64,000 nt of DNA from NCBI GenBank assembly GCA_963737265.1, contig CAVTRY010000011.1, forward strand, positions 1,088,001 through 1,152,000. Direction: 5' to 3'. The notes under the pieces are model-generated. The model saw only the letters and a program-made list of their open reading frames with translations, made no database searches and was not told the origin of the DNA. Position numbers and translations under genes: made by a program. This document shows positions 28,711-40,226 of the stretch, piece by piece. Position 1 is the stretch's first letter, and each line of letters starts with the position of its first letter. This stretch comes from an uncultured delta proteobacterium. Its GTDB lineage: Bacteria > Myxococcota_A > Polyangia > Fen-1088.

Positions 28711-30057
28711 CTACCCACCGACCGGAGCTGTCACACGTCCGCCACGCCCGCGAATGCGTGGGCCTTTGGGACCGGTGAAGCCCTCGTAGTTCCTGGTGAT
28801 GAGATGCGACTCGATCTGCTGAACTGTATCGAGGGCAACACCAACGACGATCATCAAGCCCGTACCGCCGAAGCGGAAGGGAACACCAAGATTGTCGGAA
28901 AGCAGGTTGGGGAGAACGCAGATGATAGACACGTAAAGTGCGCCGCCCGCGGTGATTCGGGTTAGGACCTTGTCGATATAGGACGCGGTTGCCTTTCCCG
29001 GTCGGATGCCGGGAATGAATCCGCCGTACTTTCGCATGTTGTCGGCGACGTCCACGGGGTTGAACGTCACCGCGGTGTAGAAGTAGCAAAAGAACACGAT
29101 AAGCGCGACGTAGAGCACGTTGTAGCGCCAATCGCCGGGATGAAGGGCGTCCGACAGCGCGCGTGCGATGGGGTTGTTCAAGAACGACGCGATCTGCTGG
29201 GGAAACATCAGGATCGACGAAGCGAAGATCGGTGGAATGACGCCTGCCGTGTTCACCTTCAACGGTAGGTGGGTCGATTGCCCGCCGAACATCTTGCGTC
29301 CAACCACACGCTTCGCGTACTGCACGGGAATTCGTCGCTGGCCACGCTCGAAGAAAATGATCGCTGCAATAACCACCACCACAATGAGGCCCATCAGCGC
29401 CAATGAGAACGCGGTGAGGTTGCCTTCGCGCGCACGACCGCCAAGCCGAACCAAGGCGTTCGGAATTTCAGTCACGATGCCGGCAAAAATGATCAACGAA
29501 ATGCCGTTGCCCACGCCGCGCTCAGTGATTTGCTCGCCCAACCACATGATAAAGGCCGTCCCGGTGGTCAGCGAGATCATCGTGAGAAGGTAGAAACTCC
29601 ACCCTGGATCGGGAACGACTTCGCCTAGGTTTCCGTAGGCCGAGTTGTTGGATATCAGCCAACGTGCAATGAAATACGACTGAATCAACGATAAGATCAC
29701 ACAGCCGTAGCGCGTGTACTGGTTGATCCTGCGCCGCCCTGCCTCGCCCTCCTTCTGGATCTGTTCCAGCTTGGGAATAACGACGGTCAACAGCTGAATG
29801 ATGATGGACGAGCTGATGTAGGGCATGATGCCCAGGGCGAAGATCGACATCTTCTCCAAAGCGCCGCCCGAGAACATGTTGAAGAGCCCTAGAAAACTGC
29901 CGGACGACTGGCTGACGATCTTGCTCATTACGGCGCCGTTTACGCCGGGCGTGGTCACGAACACGCCAATCCGGTAGATCGCCAAAAGCGCAAGCGTGTA
30001 GAGGAGACGCCGGCGAAGTTCCGGAATCTTCGTCATATTCTGGAAACCAGAGGCCAT
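28711..30057 (-). CDS. secY: preprotein translocase subunit SecY
   Basis: [46 protein letters not shown]. Confidence 0.98.
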   Translation of the reverse strand: MASGFQNMTKIPELRRRLLYTLALLAIYRIGVFVTTPGVNGAVMSKIVSQSSGSFLGLFNMFSGGALEKMSIFALGIMPYISSSIIIQLLTVVIPKLEQIQKEGEAGRRRINQYTRYGCVILSLIQSYFIARWLISNNSAYGNLGEVVPDPGWSFYLLTMISLTTGTAFIMWLGEQITERGVGNGISLIIFAGIVTEIPNALVRLGGRAREGNLTAFSLALMGLIVVVVIAAIIFFERGQRRIPVQYAKRVVGRKMFGGQSTHLPLKVNTAGVIPPIFASSILMFPQQIASFLNNPIARALSDALHPGDWRYNVLYVALIVFFCYFYTAVTFNPVDVADNMRKYGGFIPGIRPGKATASYIDKVLTRITAGGALYVSIICVLPNLLSDNLGVPFRFGGTGLMIVVGVALDTVQQIESHLITRNYEGFTGPKGPRIRGRGGRVTAPVGG

Positions 30058-30181
30058 CTAGCTCCTCCTTTGTGGAGACGGGTCTTGATCCTCGGGCGCC
30101 CAGCAACACGACAACGGCAAACAGAACACCGCGCCCGAAGCCAACTTCAGGCCCGCGATCCCCTGTGTGCTATGGACTCGA

Positions 30182-30637
30182 TCAGCCATCAACCAGCTCG
30201 GCGCGGCCGCCCTTCTTTTCGATTTTATCTTTCGCGCTTGCCGAGAACGCATCGGCCTTGACCACGAATTTCTTGGTCAGCTCGCCATTGCCCAGCACCT
30301 TCACGCGATCGCAGCGACGCGGCACCAGTCCGACGTGGTGCAGCTCGGCCAAGGTCACCGTGCCAGCTTCGAAGCGCTCATCGATATCGGACAGATTCAC
30401 CGCGAAGATCTCCTTGCGGAAAATGTTCTTGAACCCCTTCTTGGGAAGCCGCCGCTGCATCGGCATCTGGCCACCTTCGAAACCAAAACGCGCGCCATGG
30501 TGACCGGTGCGGGCCTTCTGGCCCTTCACACCGCGCCCGGATTGCTCGCCGGTTCCCGAACCAGGGCCGCGTCCCACGCGCTTGCGATTTTTCGTCGCAC
30601 CCCGCGGTCCCTTCAAATTCTGCAACGTCGTACCCAT
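30182..30637 (-). CDS. rplO: 50S ribosomal protein L15
   Basis: RVGRGPGSG, GFEGGQMP. Confidence 0.97.
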   Translation of the reverse strand: MGTTLQNLKGPRGATKNRKRVGRGPGSGTGEQSGRGVKGQKARTGHHGARFGFEGGQMPMQRRLPKKGFKNIFRKEIFAVNLSDIDERFEAGTVTLAELHHVGLVPRRCDRVKVLGNGELTKKFVVKADAFSASAKDKIEKKGGRAELVDG

Positions 30638-30670
30638 GTCTAGCTACCTTTCGGAAATCGTGTGCGTTCT

Positions 30671-30856
30671 TTACTCCGCCGCTTCGACCTTCACCAGGTG
30701 AAATACGGAGCGGATCATCCCGCGCACCGCGGGATTGTCGGGCAACACCACCGTGCGGCCGTGCTTGCCGAGTCCAAGCTTCGCAATGGTCAGCTTGTGC
30801 TGTTCCGGGCGGTTGATGCCGCTGCGTACGAGAGTGACTTTCAATTTCGTTGCCAT
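30671..30856 (-). CDS. rpmD: 50S ribosomal protein L30
   Basis: LKVTLVRS...LGL...PAVRGMI; position in spc operon. Confidence 0.95.
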   Translation of the reverse strand: MATKLKVTLVRSGINRPEQHKLTIAKLGLGKHGRTVVLPDNPAVRGMIRSVFHLVKVEAAE

Positions 30857-30859
30857 GAG

Positions 30860-31366
30860 CTACCCCACTGCCAGGATTTCTTCAAGGCGCTTTCCGCGCA
30901 AAGCAGCCACGGCCTCGCCGCTGCTGAGCCGCTTGAGAGCGTCAATCGTGGCGTGAATGACATTGTGAGGATTAGAGGTTCCGATGCACTTGGTGAGAAT
31001 ATCCTGCACCCCGGCGACTTCCAGCACCGGACGAACCGCGCCGCCGGCAATAACGCCGGTTCCCGGACTTGCCGGGCGCAACACGACGGTGCCCGCCCCG
31101 AACGTTCCCTTGACCTCGTGCGGAATAGTGTGCCCAGCCAAGGGAATCTTGAATAGACTCTTCTTGGCTTGCTCCGTTCCCTTGCGGATGGCCTCGGGAA
31201 CTTCGTTGGCCTTACCCAGGCCAGCTCCGACGTAGCCGTGCTGATCTCCGACAACGACCAAGGCCGAAAACGAAAACCGCCGGCCGCCCTTGACGACCTT
31301 CGCCACGCGGTTGATGAAGACGACGCTGTCGACGAGCTCGCCGACCTCTTCGTAGTTAATCGCCAT
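30860..31366 (-). CDS. rpsE: 30S ribosomal protein S5
   Basis: [24 protein letters not shown]. Confidence 0.98.
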   Translation of the reverse strand: MAINYEEVGELVDSVVFINRVAKVVKGGRRFSFSALVVVGDQHGYVGAGLGKANEVPEAIRKGTEQAKKSLFKIPLAGHTIPHEVKGTFGAGTVVLRPASPGTGVIAGGAVRPVLEVAGVQDILTKCIGTSNPHNVIHATIDALKRLSSGEAVAALRGKRLEEILAVG

Positions 31367-31414
31367 TCTTGCTCCTAGACCTCAGTGCCTTTGTAACTGC
31401 CACTCTGAAACCTT

Positions 31415-31786
31415 CTAAAACTTCAACCCTGCTTCGCGTGCGCCGTCGGCAACGGACGACACCCGGCCGTGGTACCGATAGCCCGCCCGATCGAACACCA
31501 CGGAAGAGATGCCCTTTTCCTGGCACTTCTTGGCCACCAGCGCGCCGACCTGCTTGGCCCGATCGCGCTTCTTTCCCTTGGGCGCGTCTGCCGGTACATC
31601 CTTTTTCGGAATAAGGTCGGACGCAGCCACAATGGTCTTGTTGCCCAAGTCGTCAATGACCTGAGCGTAGATATGACGGGCACTGCGATAGACAACCAAC
31701 CGCGGGCGTTCCGGCGTGCCCGCCAGACGCTTCCGCAACGAACGGTGTCTCCGTCTACGCGAGTCGAATTTGCTCTTGCTAGCCAT
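31415..31786 (-). CDS. rplR: 50S ribosomal protein L18
   Basis: RPRLVVYRS, VVFDRAGYRYHGRV, AREAGLKF. Confidence 0.97.
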   Translation of the reverse strand: MASKSKFDSRRRRHRSLRKRLAGTPERPRLVVYRSARHIYAQVIDDLGNKTIVAASDLIPKKDVPADAPKGKKRDRAKQVGALVAKKCQEKGISSVVFDRAGYRYHGRVSSVADGAREAGLKF

Positions 31787-31825
31787 GCGTTATCTTCTTC
31801 CAGCTTGGTCCGGTTACCTAGGCGA

Positions 31826-32374
31826 CTAACCGCCACCGCCCGTGGCAGCAGCCTTGCCAACCTTCTTCTTAATGACTTCCTCGGCGTACTTCACACCCTT
31901 ACCCTTGTAGGGCTCGGGGGCGCGCAGCTCGCGCAGCTTCGCCGCGGTCTGCCCGAGAGTGTCCTTGTCCGCGGAGGTTAGAATCAAGCGATTCTTCTCG
32001 ACCTTCGCAGTCACGGACTTGGGCAATTTGAACACGATCGGGTGCGAATATCCGAGCGCGAACGTTATGGAATCTCCGGCCACTTCGGCGCGGTAGCCGA
32101 CGCCGTTGATCTCCAGCTCGCGTTGCCAACCCTCCGTCACACCCTTCACCATGTTGGCGAGATGAGCACGCACGAGGCCGTGCTTGGAGCGGTTCTGTCG
32201 CGAGTCGTCCTCGCGCGAGACGACCGCCTTGTCAGCCTCCACCTTGATGGACACGCCGGTCGGCATAGCCTTGGCCAGCTCCCCTTTCGGGCCCTTGACC
32301 GCAAACTGCCCCGCCTTCTGAAGAACCGACACCCCCTTGGGAAGCGTCACGGGCTTACGTCCGATGCGTGACAT
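31826..32374 (-). CDS. rplF: 50S ribosomal protein L6
   Basis: MSRIGRKPV, PEPYKGKGV. Confidence 0.98.
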   Translation of the reverse strand: MSRIGRKPVTLPKGVSVLQKAGQFAVKGPKGELAKAMPTGVSIKVEADKAVVSREDDSRQNRSKHGLVRAHLANMVKGVTEGWQRELEINGVGYRAEVAGDSITFALGYSHPIVFKLPKSVTAKVEKNRLILTSADKDTLGQTAAKLRELRAPEPYKGKGVKYAEEVIKKKVGKAAATGGGG

Positions 32375-32776
32375 CTACCAAACCTCGCAAAGAAGCTCGC
32401 CGCCGATACCGGCCTTGCGCGCGGCCCGGTCGGTCATGAGACCGTTTGACGTGGAGAGTATTGCAATCCCGAGCCCCGATCTAATCTTGGGAATCCGGTC
32501 GCGTCCGACATACACGCGTTGCCCCGGGCGGGATCGTCGACGCAAGCCTGTGATTGCGTTCGAGCCCGGCTCTGGCCAGCGCAGACGAACGATCAATTCG
32601 GCGTGGCCGTCGAAGCCAGGCCGAACATCGTGGCCCTGGATGTAGCCCTCTTCTTTCAGCACCTCGGCGATGCGGACCTTGAGCGTGGACGACGGGCAAA
32701 CCACGTCACCCCGGCGGGCCATGATGGCGTTGCGAATTCGCGTGAGAAAATCAGCAATTGGATCGGTCATTGGCAT
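32375..32776 (-). CDS. rpsH: 30S ribosomal protein S8
   Basis: MTDPIADFLTRIRNA, GLGIAILSTS. Confidence 0.97.
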   Translation of the reverse strand: MPMTDPIADFLTRIRNAIMARRGDVVCPSSTLKVRIAEVLKEEGYIQGHDVRPGFDGHAELIVRLRWPEPGSNAITGLRRRSRPGQRVYVGRDRIPKIRSGLGIAILSTSNGLMTDRAARKAGIGGELLCEVW

Positions 32777-32956
32777 CTACCAGCTCGATTTGATGACCCC
32801 GGGGATATCACCACGGAGAGAAAGCAATCTGAAACAAATACGGCACAGCTCGAATTTTCTGAGAAATCCACGCGACCGACCGCACTGTTTGCAGCGATTG
32901 TGGTGCCGAACTCCGAACTTCGGGGTCTTGGGTAACATGTCGACAGTCTTCGCCAT
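32777..32956 (-). CDS. rpsZ: 30S ribosomal protein S14 type Z (below the ORF-track length cutoff)
   Basis: Manual translation [59 protein letters not shown]. Confidence 0.95.
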   Translation of the reverse strand: MAKTVDMLPKTPKFGVRHHNRCKQCGRSRGFLRKFELCRICFRLLSLRGDIPGVIKSSW

Positions 32957-32962
32957 GATTCG

Positions 32963-33706
32963 CTAGCTCCTAAACGGCATTCCAAGGTGGCGCAACAAGG
33001 CGCGCCCCTGTTCGTCGCTGCGCGCGGTTGTCGTGATGGTTATGTTCATGCCTTTGGATTTTTCCAGCTTCTCGATGCTGGTTTCGGGGAAGATGTTTCC
33101 TTCGCGGATACCCATGGTGTAGTTACCGCGGCCATCGAACCCCTTGGGGGACACGCCCTTGAAATCGCGAACCCGCGGCAAGGCGAAGGAAATCAACCGA
33201 TCCAAGAATTCATACATGCCATCGCGCCGCAGCGTCACCATGGCGCCAATCTTCTGACCACCCTTGAGTTTGAAGGCAGCGATGGCCTTGGCCGACTTCG
33301 TCACGACCGGCCGCTGTCCCGTGATGGCAGCCAGATCCTCTACCCCGGAATCGAGAATCTTGGGGTTGGTGATTGCCTCGCCGAGCCCCATGTTGATGGT
33401 GACCTTGGTCAGGCGCGGGCACTGCATGACGTTTGTCAACCCAAGCTCCGTCATCAAGCGACCACGAACCTCAGTCTCGTAGATTTTGCGCAGGCGAGCT
33501 GGCTCGGTACGCTTGACCTTCTCAGTCGCGAGCGCTGACTTCTGTCCGCCGCCCTTGCCGAAATCCTTGCCCTTGCCGCCCTTGCCCGCGGCACGAGCTG
33601 CCTTCTTGGCGGCGGCTTCCGCCTCCTGCTCCGGAGTCAGCGTCGGCTTGCCGGCCTTGGGCGCCTTCTCGGTTGCCTTTTCGGCCTTCTCGTTCTCATC
33701 AGCCAT
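32963..33706 (-). CDS. rplE: 50S ribosomal protein L5 with N-terminal extension
   Basis: [28 protein letters not shown]. Confidence 0.97.
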   Translation of the reverse strand: MADENEKAEKATEKAPKAGKPTLTPEQEAEAAAKKAARAAGKGGKGKDFGKGGGQKSALATEKVKRTEPARLRKIYETEVRGRLMTELGLTNVMQCPRLTKVTINMGLGEAITNPKILDSGVEDLAAITGQRPVVTKSAKAIAAFKLKGGQKIGAMVTLRRDGMYEFLDRLISFALPRVRDFKGVSPKGFDGRGNYTMGIREGNIFPETSIEKLEKSKGMNITITTTARSDEQGRALLRHLGMPFRS

Positions 33707-33733
33707 CTTGAGTGTTCCTTCTACCCGCGGACG

Positions 33734-34051
33734 CTACGTCGACTCGAACAGTGTTCCGCATTTCACACACACCCGGCGCTTCTTCTGCCCTTCCCGTATC
33801 TCCGCCTTCGCCCGCCTGCCAGCGCCGCACTTTCCACACCACAGCGCCACGTTGGCAACGGCGACCGACCCTTCCTTTTCGAGGATTCCACCGCGCTGGT
33901 TGGCCTGGCTCGGCTTGGTGTGCCGCTTGACCATGTTCACCCGCTCCACCACGAGGCGCTCTTTTTCAGTGACGACGCGCAGAACACGCCCGCGCTTGCC
34001 CTTCTCTTTTCCGGCGGTCACCACCACCGTATCGCCCTTGCGAACGTGCAT
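33734..34051 (-). CDS. rplX: 50S ribosomal protein L24
   Basis: KGDTVVVTAGKEKGKRG KOW motif. Confidence 0.96.
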   Translation of the reverse strand: MHVRKGDTVVVTAGKEKGKRGRVLRVVTEKERLVVERVNMVKRHTKPSQANQRGGILEKEGSVAVANVALWCGKCGAGRRAKAEIREGQKKRRVCVKCGTLFEST

Positions 34052-34419
34052 TACAAAACCTCCGGCGCGAGCGAGATGATTTTCATGAAGCGTTTGGCTC
34101 GTAGCTCGCGTGCCACGGGGCCAAAGATGCGCGTCCCGATGGGCTCGTTGTCCTTGTCGACCAACACGGCCGAATTCGAGTCAAAGCGGATGTAAGAGCC
34201 ATCCTGGCGCGAGACTTCCTTCTTCGTCCGCACGATAACGGCGCGGGCGACCTCGCCCTTCTTGACTTTGGAGTTGGCGATCGCTTCCTTGACGGACACC
34301 ACGATCACGTCCCCCAAGGATGCATATTTCCTCTTCGTGCCGCCGAGCACGCGGATGCACATGATTTTCTTGGCACCCGAATTGTCGGCTACATCGAGGG
34401 TTGTTGTCGTTTGGACCAT
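34051..34419 (-). CDS. rplN: 50S ribosomal protein L14
   Basis: [28 protein letters not shown]. Confidence 0.98.
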   Translation of the reverse strand: MVQTTTTLDVADNSGAKKIMCIRVLGGTKRKYASLGDVIVVSVKEAIANSKVKKGEVARAVIVRTKKEVSRQDGSYIRFDSNSAVLVDKDNEPIGTRIFGPVARELRAKRFMKIISLAPEVL

Positions 34420-34461
34420 GTTGTGAACCTGCCGTCTCTGTTGTTCCTCAGCCAGGCCTGC

Positions 34462-34776
34462 CTAAACGTCCTGCGGCCGCTCCAGGAGGCGTTGCACGCG
34501 CCACCGCTTCTCGCGCGAGAGCGGGCGAGACTCGATGATTTCAACGCGGTCGCCAACGTGATACTCGTTCTTCTCGTCGTGCGCCTTGTACTTCGTTCGC
34601 CGGGTCATGTACTTCCCGTACTTCGAGTGGGCCAGGCGGCGCTCGACCACGACCACACGGGTCTTGTCCATTTTGTCGCCGATCACGACGCCAACCAGCT
34701 TGCGCTTCGTGCTCTGATCCCGCCCCGCCACGTCGGGCGTTGTGGCGGCTGCGGAGGGTGAGTATTCTTTCGCCAC
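34462..34776 (-). CDS. rpsQ: 30S ribosomal protein S17
   Basis: KMDKT, KYKAHDE, ESRPLSREKRW. Confidence 0.97.
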   Translation of the reverse strand: MAKEYSPSAAATTPDVAGRDQSTKRKLVGVVIGDKMDKTRVVVVERRLAHSKYGKYMTRRTKYKAHDEKNEYHVGDRVEIIESRPLSREKRWRVQRLLERPQDV

Positions 34777-34779
34777 GGT

Positions 34780-35010
34780 CTATTTCTCCTTGGCAGCCGT
34801 CACCGCCGCTACACGCGACTTCTCGGCAAGCACCGTACAAACACGGGCAATATCGCGACGGGTAGTCCGAATCACCATGGTGTTCTCAATCTGATTGGTG
34901 TTGTGCTTGAGGCGCTGTTGGAAGAGATCCTCCTGCAGCTTCCGCAAGGTTCGCTCCAACTCGGCGGTCTCGTTGCCGCGCAGGTCTTTTGCCTGAATCT
35001 TGCTCTTCAT
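34780..35010 (-). CDS. rpmC: 50S ribosomal protein L29
   Basis: RRDIARV motif; position between rplP and rpsQ. Confidence 0.93.
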   Translation of the reverse strand: MKSKIQAKDLRGNETAELERTLRKLQEDLFQQRLKHNTNQIENTMVIRTTRRDIARVCTVLAEKSRVAAVTAAKEK

Positions 35011-35423
35011 AGCACCTGCTCCCGTCCGATGACGCGCGTCCTAACCGACAGCTTGTGCTCGGCGAGGTGAAACGCCGCCTTGGCGAGATCGGAAGACACG
35101 CCTTCGAGCTCGTAGAGAACGCGACCTGGCCGCACGACCGCCACCCATTCTTCCGGAGCGCCCTTTCCCTTTCCCATGCGGGTTTCGGCCGGCTTCTTCG
35201 AAATCGGCTTGTCGGGAAAGATGCGAACGTACAGCTTTCCGCCGCGCTTCACGTGGCGCGAGATGGCGGTACGCGCCGCTTCGATCTGTCGCGCCGTCAC
35301 GAATCCACAGGTCAGCGCCTGCAATCCGAACTCGCCGAAGGCCACCACGGTGCCACCCTTGGAGACACCGCGCATCTTGCCCTTCTGCTGTTTGCGCCAC
35401 TTAACTCTATCTGGTGCTAGCAT
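35007..35423 (-). CDS. rplP: 50S ribosomal protein L16
   Basis: RQIEAAR, FPDKP...[12 protein letters not shown]. Confidence 0.98.
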   Translation of the reverse strand: MLAPDRVKWRKQQKGKMRGVSKGGTVVAFGEFGLQALTCGFVTARQIEAARTAISRHVKRGGKLYVRIFPDKPISKKPAETRMGKGKGAPEEWVAVVRPGRVLYELEGVSSDLAKAAFHLAEHKLSVRTRVIGREQVL

Positions 35424-35454
35424 GACTTCCTCTCGTCGCTGTCGCCGCTATCGA

Positions 35455-36102
35455 CTAGGCCAGACGGCCGGTCCGCTGGGGCAGGACCTCGCCTTTGAAG
35501 ATCCAGCACTTCACGCCAATGGCGCCGTACGTGGTGTGGGCCTCGGTCGTTCCGTATTCGATGTCGGCACGGAGGGTATGCAAGGGCACGCGGCCCTCGT
35601 GATACCATTCGTAGCGTGCCATTTCCGCGCCGCCGAGACGGCCCGAGCAGGCCAGGCGAATGCCCTTGGCGCCGAACTTCATGGCAGTCTGAACCGCCTT
35701 CTTCATGGCGCGACGAAAGGCCACGCGTCGCTCCAGCTGGGTCGCCACGTTCTCGGCAACCAACTGCGCGTTGGTCTCGGCCTTGCGAACTTCCTGGATG
35801 TTGAGAAAGACCTCGCTCGTCGTCAGCGCCTGGACTTCCTTCTTCAGGGTCTCCACGCCCGCGCCCCGCTTGCCGATGACGATGCCGGGACGCGCGGTGT
35901 AGATATTGATCTTCACCTTGTTCGCCGCCCGTTCCACCTCGACCGAGGCAACGCCGGCGTGTCCCAACTTCTCCTTCACGAATTTCTTGAGGCGCAGATC
36001 CTCATGCAGCCATTTCGCGAAGTCCTTCTCGGAATACCACTGCGACGACCATCCCCGGACGACGCCGAGGCGAAAGCCTATTGGATTGGTTTTCTGACCC
36101 AT
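35455..36102 (-). CDS. rpsC: 30S ribosomal protein S3
   Basis: [35 protein letters not shown]. Confidence 0.98.
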   Translation of the reverse strand: MGQKTNPIGFRLGVVRGWSSQWYSEKDFAKWLHEDLRLKKFVKEKLGHAGVASVEVERAANKVKINIYTARPGIVIGKRGAGVETLKKEVQALTTSEVFLNIQEVRKAETNAQLVAENVATQLERRVAFRRAMKKAVQTAMKFGAKGIRLACSGRLGGAEMARYEWYHEGRVPLHTLRADIEYGTTEAHTTYGAIGVKCWIFKGEVLPQRTGRLA

Positions 36103-36106
36103 CTGA

Positions 36107-36442
36107 TTACTCCTGCGACACGTCGACCACGATGGTCACGTTGGAGGTCCGTCGATTGATGCGATTGGCGCGACCCATGGAACGTGCCAGCCACCGTTTT
36201 TCGACCGGTCCGGGATCCACGGTAATCTTCGTCACCATGAGAGCGTCGGCGTCGGCCTTTTCATTGGTCGTCGCATTCGCGACCGCGGAGCCAAGGACCT
36301 TGCTCAACATCTTGGCAGCCTTGCGCTGCTGAAAATTCAGGATGGAGAACGCATCAGCCACCTGGCGCCCACGAATCATGTCCGCGACCATGCGCACCTT
36401 GCGGGGCGATTGACGAAATTTTCTCAACACTGCGTGTGCCAT
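36107..36442 (-). CDS. rplV: 50S ribosomal protein L22
   Basis: [20 protein letters not shown]; start trimmed to ATG 36442. Confidence 0.96.
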   Translation of the reverse strand: MAHAVLRKFRQSPRKVRMVADMIRGRQVADAFSILNFQQRKAAKMLSKVLGSAVANATTNEKADADALMVTKITVDPGPVEKRWLARSMGRANRINRRTSNVTIVVDVSQE

Positions 36443-36458
36443 GTGAGCTCTGCCTTCC

Positions 36459-36812
36459 CTACTTCTTTGCCGCCGACGCCGCCGGTGCGGCGGCCGCGGG
36501 CGCGGCACCGGGAGCAGCGCCCCCTGCCGACGATCCACCTGCCGCGGCTTTGCGATCACCCGAGTGAGACACGAAAGTTCGCGTCGGCGAAAATTCACCA
36601 AGCTTATGGCCAACCATGTTCTCGGTGATAAAAACCGGCAGGAACTTCCGGCCGTTGTGAACCGCAAAGGTGAGAGCGACCATCTCGGGCAGAATGGTCG
36701 ACCGACGCGACCAGGTCTTGATGACCTTCTTTGATTTTTGCTTCTGCATCTCGACCACCTTGGCCAAAAGGTGGTGATCCACGAAAGCGCCTTTCTTAAC
36801 AGAGCGAGCCAT
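36459..36812 (-). CDS. rpsS: 30S ribosomal protein S19 with Ala-rich tail
   Basis: [22 protein letters not shown]. Confidence 0.98.
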   Translation of the reverse strand: MARSVKKGAFVDHHLLAKVVEMQKQKSKKVIKTWSRRSTILPEMVALTFAVHNGRKFLPVFITENMVGHKLGEFSPTRTFVSHSGDRKAAAGGSSAGGAAPGAAPAAAAPAASAAKK

Positions 36813-36814
36813 GG

Positions 36815-37648
36815 CTAAGCCTTCTTTCCGCGGCGCTTGATGATCATGCGATCCGTCCTCTTGTTCTCACGCGTCTTGAGCCCCTTGGCCAACTGCCCCC
36901 AGGGCGAGCAAGGATGGCGACCACCCGACGATCGGCCTTCGCCGCCGCCCATGGGGTGATCCACCGGGTTCATCGTGACGCCACGGTTGTGGGGTCGGCG
37001 ACCAGCCCAGCGCGTACGACCGGCCTTGCCCCCCTGGACGCTGCTGTGCTCGACGTTGCCGAGCTGGCCAATGGTTGCGCGGCAGTCCAGGTGAACCTTG
37101 CGAACCTCGCCCGACGGCAGTCGAACCTGACCCCAATCCCCTTCTTTGGCCATCAGCTGCGCGCCATCGCCGGCCGACCGCACCAATTGGGCGCGTCCGG
37201 CAACGTGAAGGCTGACATTATGGATGGTGGTGCCAAGGGGAACATAGCGCAGCGGGAGGCTGTTTCCTGGCTTGATGTCCGCCTCGCGCGACGACACCAC
37301 CGTATCGCCGACCTTCAATCCGACCGGCCAAAGAATATAGCGCTTCTCGCCATCCGCGTAGTTGAGCAGAGCAAGCCGCGCGCTGCGGTTTGGATCGTAC
37401 TCGATGCTCGCGACCTTGGCCGGCACGCCAATCTTGTCGCGGCGAAAGTCGACAATGCGGAAACGCCTCTTGTGACCGCCGCCGCGAAAACGCGACGTGA
37501 TTCGGCCAAAGTGATTGCGTCCACCTGACGACGGCTCGGCCCTCGTCAGCGACTTGAGCGGCTCGTTCCCTTTGGTGAGCTCGGAGAAATCCGGCGCCAC
37601 TCTTCCCCGCACGCCAGGCGTGGTCGGGTTCATTGTACGAAGGCCCAT
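36815..37648 (-). CDS. rplB: 50S ribosomal protein L2
   Basis: [21 protein letters not shown]. Confidence 0.98.
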   Translation of the reverse strand: MGLRTMNPTTPGVRGRVAPDFSELTKGNEPLKSLTRAEPSSGGRNHFGRITSRFRGGGHKRRFRIVDFRRDKIGVPAKVASIEYDPNRSARLALLNYADGEKRYILWPVGLKVGDTVVSSREADIKPGNSLPLRYVPLGTTIHNVSLHVAGRAQLVRSAGDGAQLMAKEGDWGQVRLPSGEVRKVHLDCRATIGQLGNVEHSSVQGGKAGRTRWAGRRPHNRGVTMNPVDHPMGGGEGRSSGGRHPCSPWGQLAKGLKTRENKRTDRMIIKRRGKKA

Positions 37649-37651
37649 GTC

Positions 37652-37984
37652 CTAGACTCCTTCGAAGAATTCGATCTTCTGCCCAGGCGCAAGCGTCACC
37701 AGGGCACGTTTCCAATTGGGACGGCGACCGAGATAACGGCCGACGCGCTTCTGCTTGCCGCGAACGATAGCCGTCCGCACCTTGAGAACGTTCACGTTCC
37801 ACAGCTTCTCGACTGCGTGCTTGATCTCGATCTTGTTCGCGTCGCGCGCGACTTCGATGAGCAACTGCGGCGGGACCTGTTCGGGATCGCCGATGTCCTC
37901 TTCCGCTCGGCCGCCGGTATCCTTGAGGAAGGTGCCCTTCTCGGTGAGAAGCGGGCGCTTAATGATGGTTTCAGGAGAACGCAT
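37652..37984 (-). CDS. rplW: 50S ribosomal protein L23
   Basis: [25 protein letters not shown]. Confidence 0.95.
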   Translation of the reverse strand: MRSPETIIKRPLLTEKGTFLKDTGGRAEEDIGDPEQVPPQLLIEVARDANKIEIKHAVEKLWNVNVLKVRTAIVRGKQKRVGRYLGRRPNWKRALVTLAPGQKIEFFEGV

Positions 37985-37995
37985 GATGTGCCTCT

Positions 37996-38640
37996 TTACG
38001 CTACGCTGGCGTCGGTTTCAGCCCCAACGATGCGAGCCTCGACCGCCTTGATTGCGTCCTTCGCAATGACCAATCCCCCATGGTTGAGGATGTCGTAGAC
38101 ATTCAGACCTTCAGGCGGCAAACAATCGTGCGCCGTCAGATTGCGGATGGACTTGACGAGGTTATGGTTGCCCTTGGCGTCCACCACCAGTGCCGAGGCA
38201 AATCCGAGCGCCTTCAGCATGCCGGCGATGCGCTTTGACTTCGGCGCTTCGATGACGATCTTGTCAACAACGACCAACTTCTTCTCTTGGGCTCGCAACG
38301 ACAGTGCGGATGCCAGCGCCGCCCTCTTGACCTTCTTGGGCAAGGTGTATTCGTAACTGCGGGGATGGGGGCCGAAGACGACGCCGCCGCCGACAAAATT
38401 GGGCGATCGGATGGACCCCTGGCGTGCATTGCCGGTCCCCTTCTGCCGGTACGGTTTCTTGCCGCCGCCGCGGACGAACTTGCGCGTCTTGGTCGAATGC
38501 GTTCCCGCGCGCTTAGCAGCCTGCTGGGCCTTCACCGATTCCCAGAGCAACGGCTCTTTGACCTTGGTCGCGAAGACTTCGTCCGCGATTTCCATCTGGC
38601 CGACTTTGCGGCCATCAATATCTACGACATCGATCTGCAT
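37996..38640 (-). CDS. rplD: 50S ribosomal protein L4
   Basis: [23 protein letters not shown]. Confidence 0.97.
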   Translation of the reverse strand: MQIDVVDIDGRKVGQMEIADEVFATKVKEPLLWESVKAQQAAKRAGTHSTKTRKFVRGGGKKPYRQKGTGNARQGSIRSPNFVGGGVVFGPHPRSYEYTLPKKVKRAALASALSLRAQEKKLVVVDKIVIEAPKSKRIAGMLKALGFASALVVDAKGNHNLVKSIRNLTAHDCLPPEGLNVYDILNHGGLVIAKDAIKAVEARIVGAETDASVA

Positions 38641-38648
38641 GGCCGTCC

Positions 38649-38954
38649 TCAGGTCTTGATCTCGACGTCCACGCCCGCCGACAGGTCGAGCTTCATGAGG
38701 GCGTCCAGCGTCTGTTGCGTTGGATCCAAGATGTCAAGCAGCCGCTTATGCGTTCGAATCTCGAATTGCTCGCGCGACTTCTTGTCGACGTGGGGCGAGC
38801 GCAACACGCAGTATTTGTTGATCTTCGTCGGCAGCGGTATTGGACCAGCAACCTTGGCACCTGTCCGTTTGGCGGTGTCGACGATCTCGCCCGCCGATTG
38901 GTCAAGCAGGCGGTGGTCGTAGGCCTTTAGCCGTATTCTGATTTTGGGTGTCAC
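38649..38954 (-). CDS. rpsJ: 30S ribosomal protein S10
   Basis: [31 protein letters not shown]; start GTG 38954. Confidence 0.98.
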   Translation of the reverse strand: MTPKIRIRLKAYDHRLLDQSAGEIVDTAKRTGAKVAGPIPLPTKINKYCVLRSPHVDKKSREQFEIRTHKRLLDILDPTQQTLDALMKLDLSAGVDVEIKT

Positions 38955-39000
38955 GTTGTGCCCCCTTTTACTTTGCTCTCTTGAACTCCGCCAGCGTTTC

Positions 39001-40197
39001 TTACGCAATAATCTTGGTAACGACGCCGGCGCCAACGGTCTTGCCGCCTTCGCGTATTGCGAAACGCAGACCCTCTTGGCACGCAATCGGTGTAATGAGC
39101 GTGATTTCCATGCTCACGTTGTCTCCAGGCATCACCATCTCCATCCCGTCGGGCAACTTCACGTCGCCAGTCACGTCCGTCGTCCGGAAGTAGAACTGCG
39201 GCCGGTATCCCTTGAAAAACGGCGTGTGCCGCCCGCCCTCTTCCTTCTTCAGAACGTAAACCTCTCCCATGAAGTTCTTGTGCGGCGTGATCGATCCCGG
39301 CTTCGCCAACACCTGACCACGCTCGATGTCTTCTCGCTTCGTTCCGCGCAACAGCGCCCCAACGTTGTCCCCCGCCCGACCTTCGTCCAGCAGCTTTCGG
39401 AACATTTCCACCCCGGTCACCGTCGTCTTCGCCGTGTCCTTGAACCCCACGATCTCAACTTCCTCTCCCACCTTGACGATCCCGCGCTCGATACGCCCGG
39501 TCACCACCGTTCCACGACCTGAAATCGTGAACACGTCTTCAATGGGCATCAGGAATGGCTTGTCCGTCTCTCGCTTCGGCTCCGGTATGAAACTGTCGAG
39601 TGCGTCCATCAGTTTCGCGATCGACCCTTCGCCGATTTCCGACGGATCCCCTTCCAGCGCCTTGAGCGCACTCCCGCGAATGATTGGCGTCGTGTCGCCG
39701 GGAAACTGGTACTTCGAAAGCAACTCCCGCAGCTCTAGCTCGACCAGGTCCATCAGCTCCGCGTCTTCCTTCGCCACCATGTCCACCTTGTTCAGGTACA
39801 CCACGATCGAAGGAACACCCACCTGCCGCGCCAACAGAATGTGCTCCCGCGTCTGCGGCATCGGTCCGTCCGGCGCCGACACCACCAACACCGCCCCGTC
39901 CATCTGCGCTGCGCCCGTGATCATGTTCTTGATGTAGTCCGCGTGCCCAGGGCAATCCACGTGCGCGTAGTGCCGCTTCTCCGTCGCGTATTCCACGTGC
40001 GCAATCGCGATCGTGATGCCCCGCTCTCGTTCTTCGGGCGCCTTGTCTATCTGGTCGTACGCCGTGAACGTCGCCAGGTTTCGCTTCGCCAGCGACTTCG
40101 TGATCGCCGCCGTCAGCGTCGTCTTGCCATGGTCCACGTGTCCGATCGTCCCTACGTTCAGGTGCGGCTTATTTCGTACGAATTTTTCTTTGGCCAT
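39001..40197 (-). CDS. tuf: elongation factor Tu (str operon copy)
   Basis: [18 protein letters not shown]; 398 aa. Confidence 0.99.
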   Translation of the reverse strand: MAKEKFVRNKPHLNVGTIGHVDHGKTTLTAAITKSLAKRNLATFTAYDQIDKAPEERERGITIAIAHVEYATEKRHYAHVDCPGHADYIKNMITGAAQMDGAVLVVSAPDGPMPQTREHILLARQVGVPSIVVYLNKVDMVAKEDAELMDLVELELRELLSKYQFPGDTTPIIRGSALKALEGDPSEIGEGSIAKLMDALDSFIPEPKRETDKPFLMPIEDVFTISGRGTVVTGRIERGIVKVGEEVEIVGFKDTAKTTVTGVEMFRKLLDEGRAGDNVGALLRGTKREDIERGQVLAKPGSITPHKNFMGEVYVLKKEEGGRHTPFFKGYRPQFYFRTTDVTGDVKLPDGMEMVMPGDNVSMEITLITPIACQEGLRFAIREGGKTVGAGVVTKIIA

Positions 40198-40226
40198 GGT
40201 GCGTATCCTCCTACCGACGAAGCTGA

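Noticed and set aside
28601-29131. N-terminally extended 428-aa Map in the ORF track
   Set aside because: Extension overlaps secY in another frame; homology starts near GTG 28600. The same applies to the extended fliR, rplV, rpsJ, nusG and GATase ORFs
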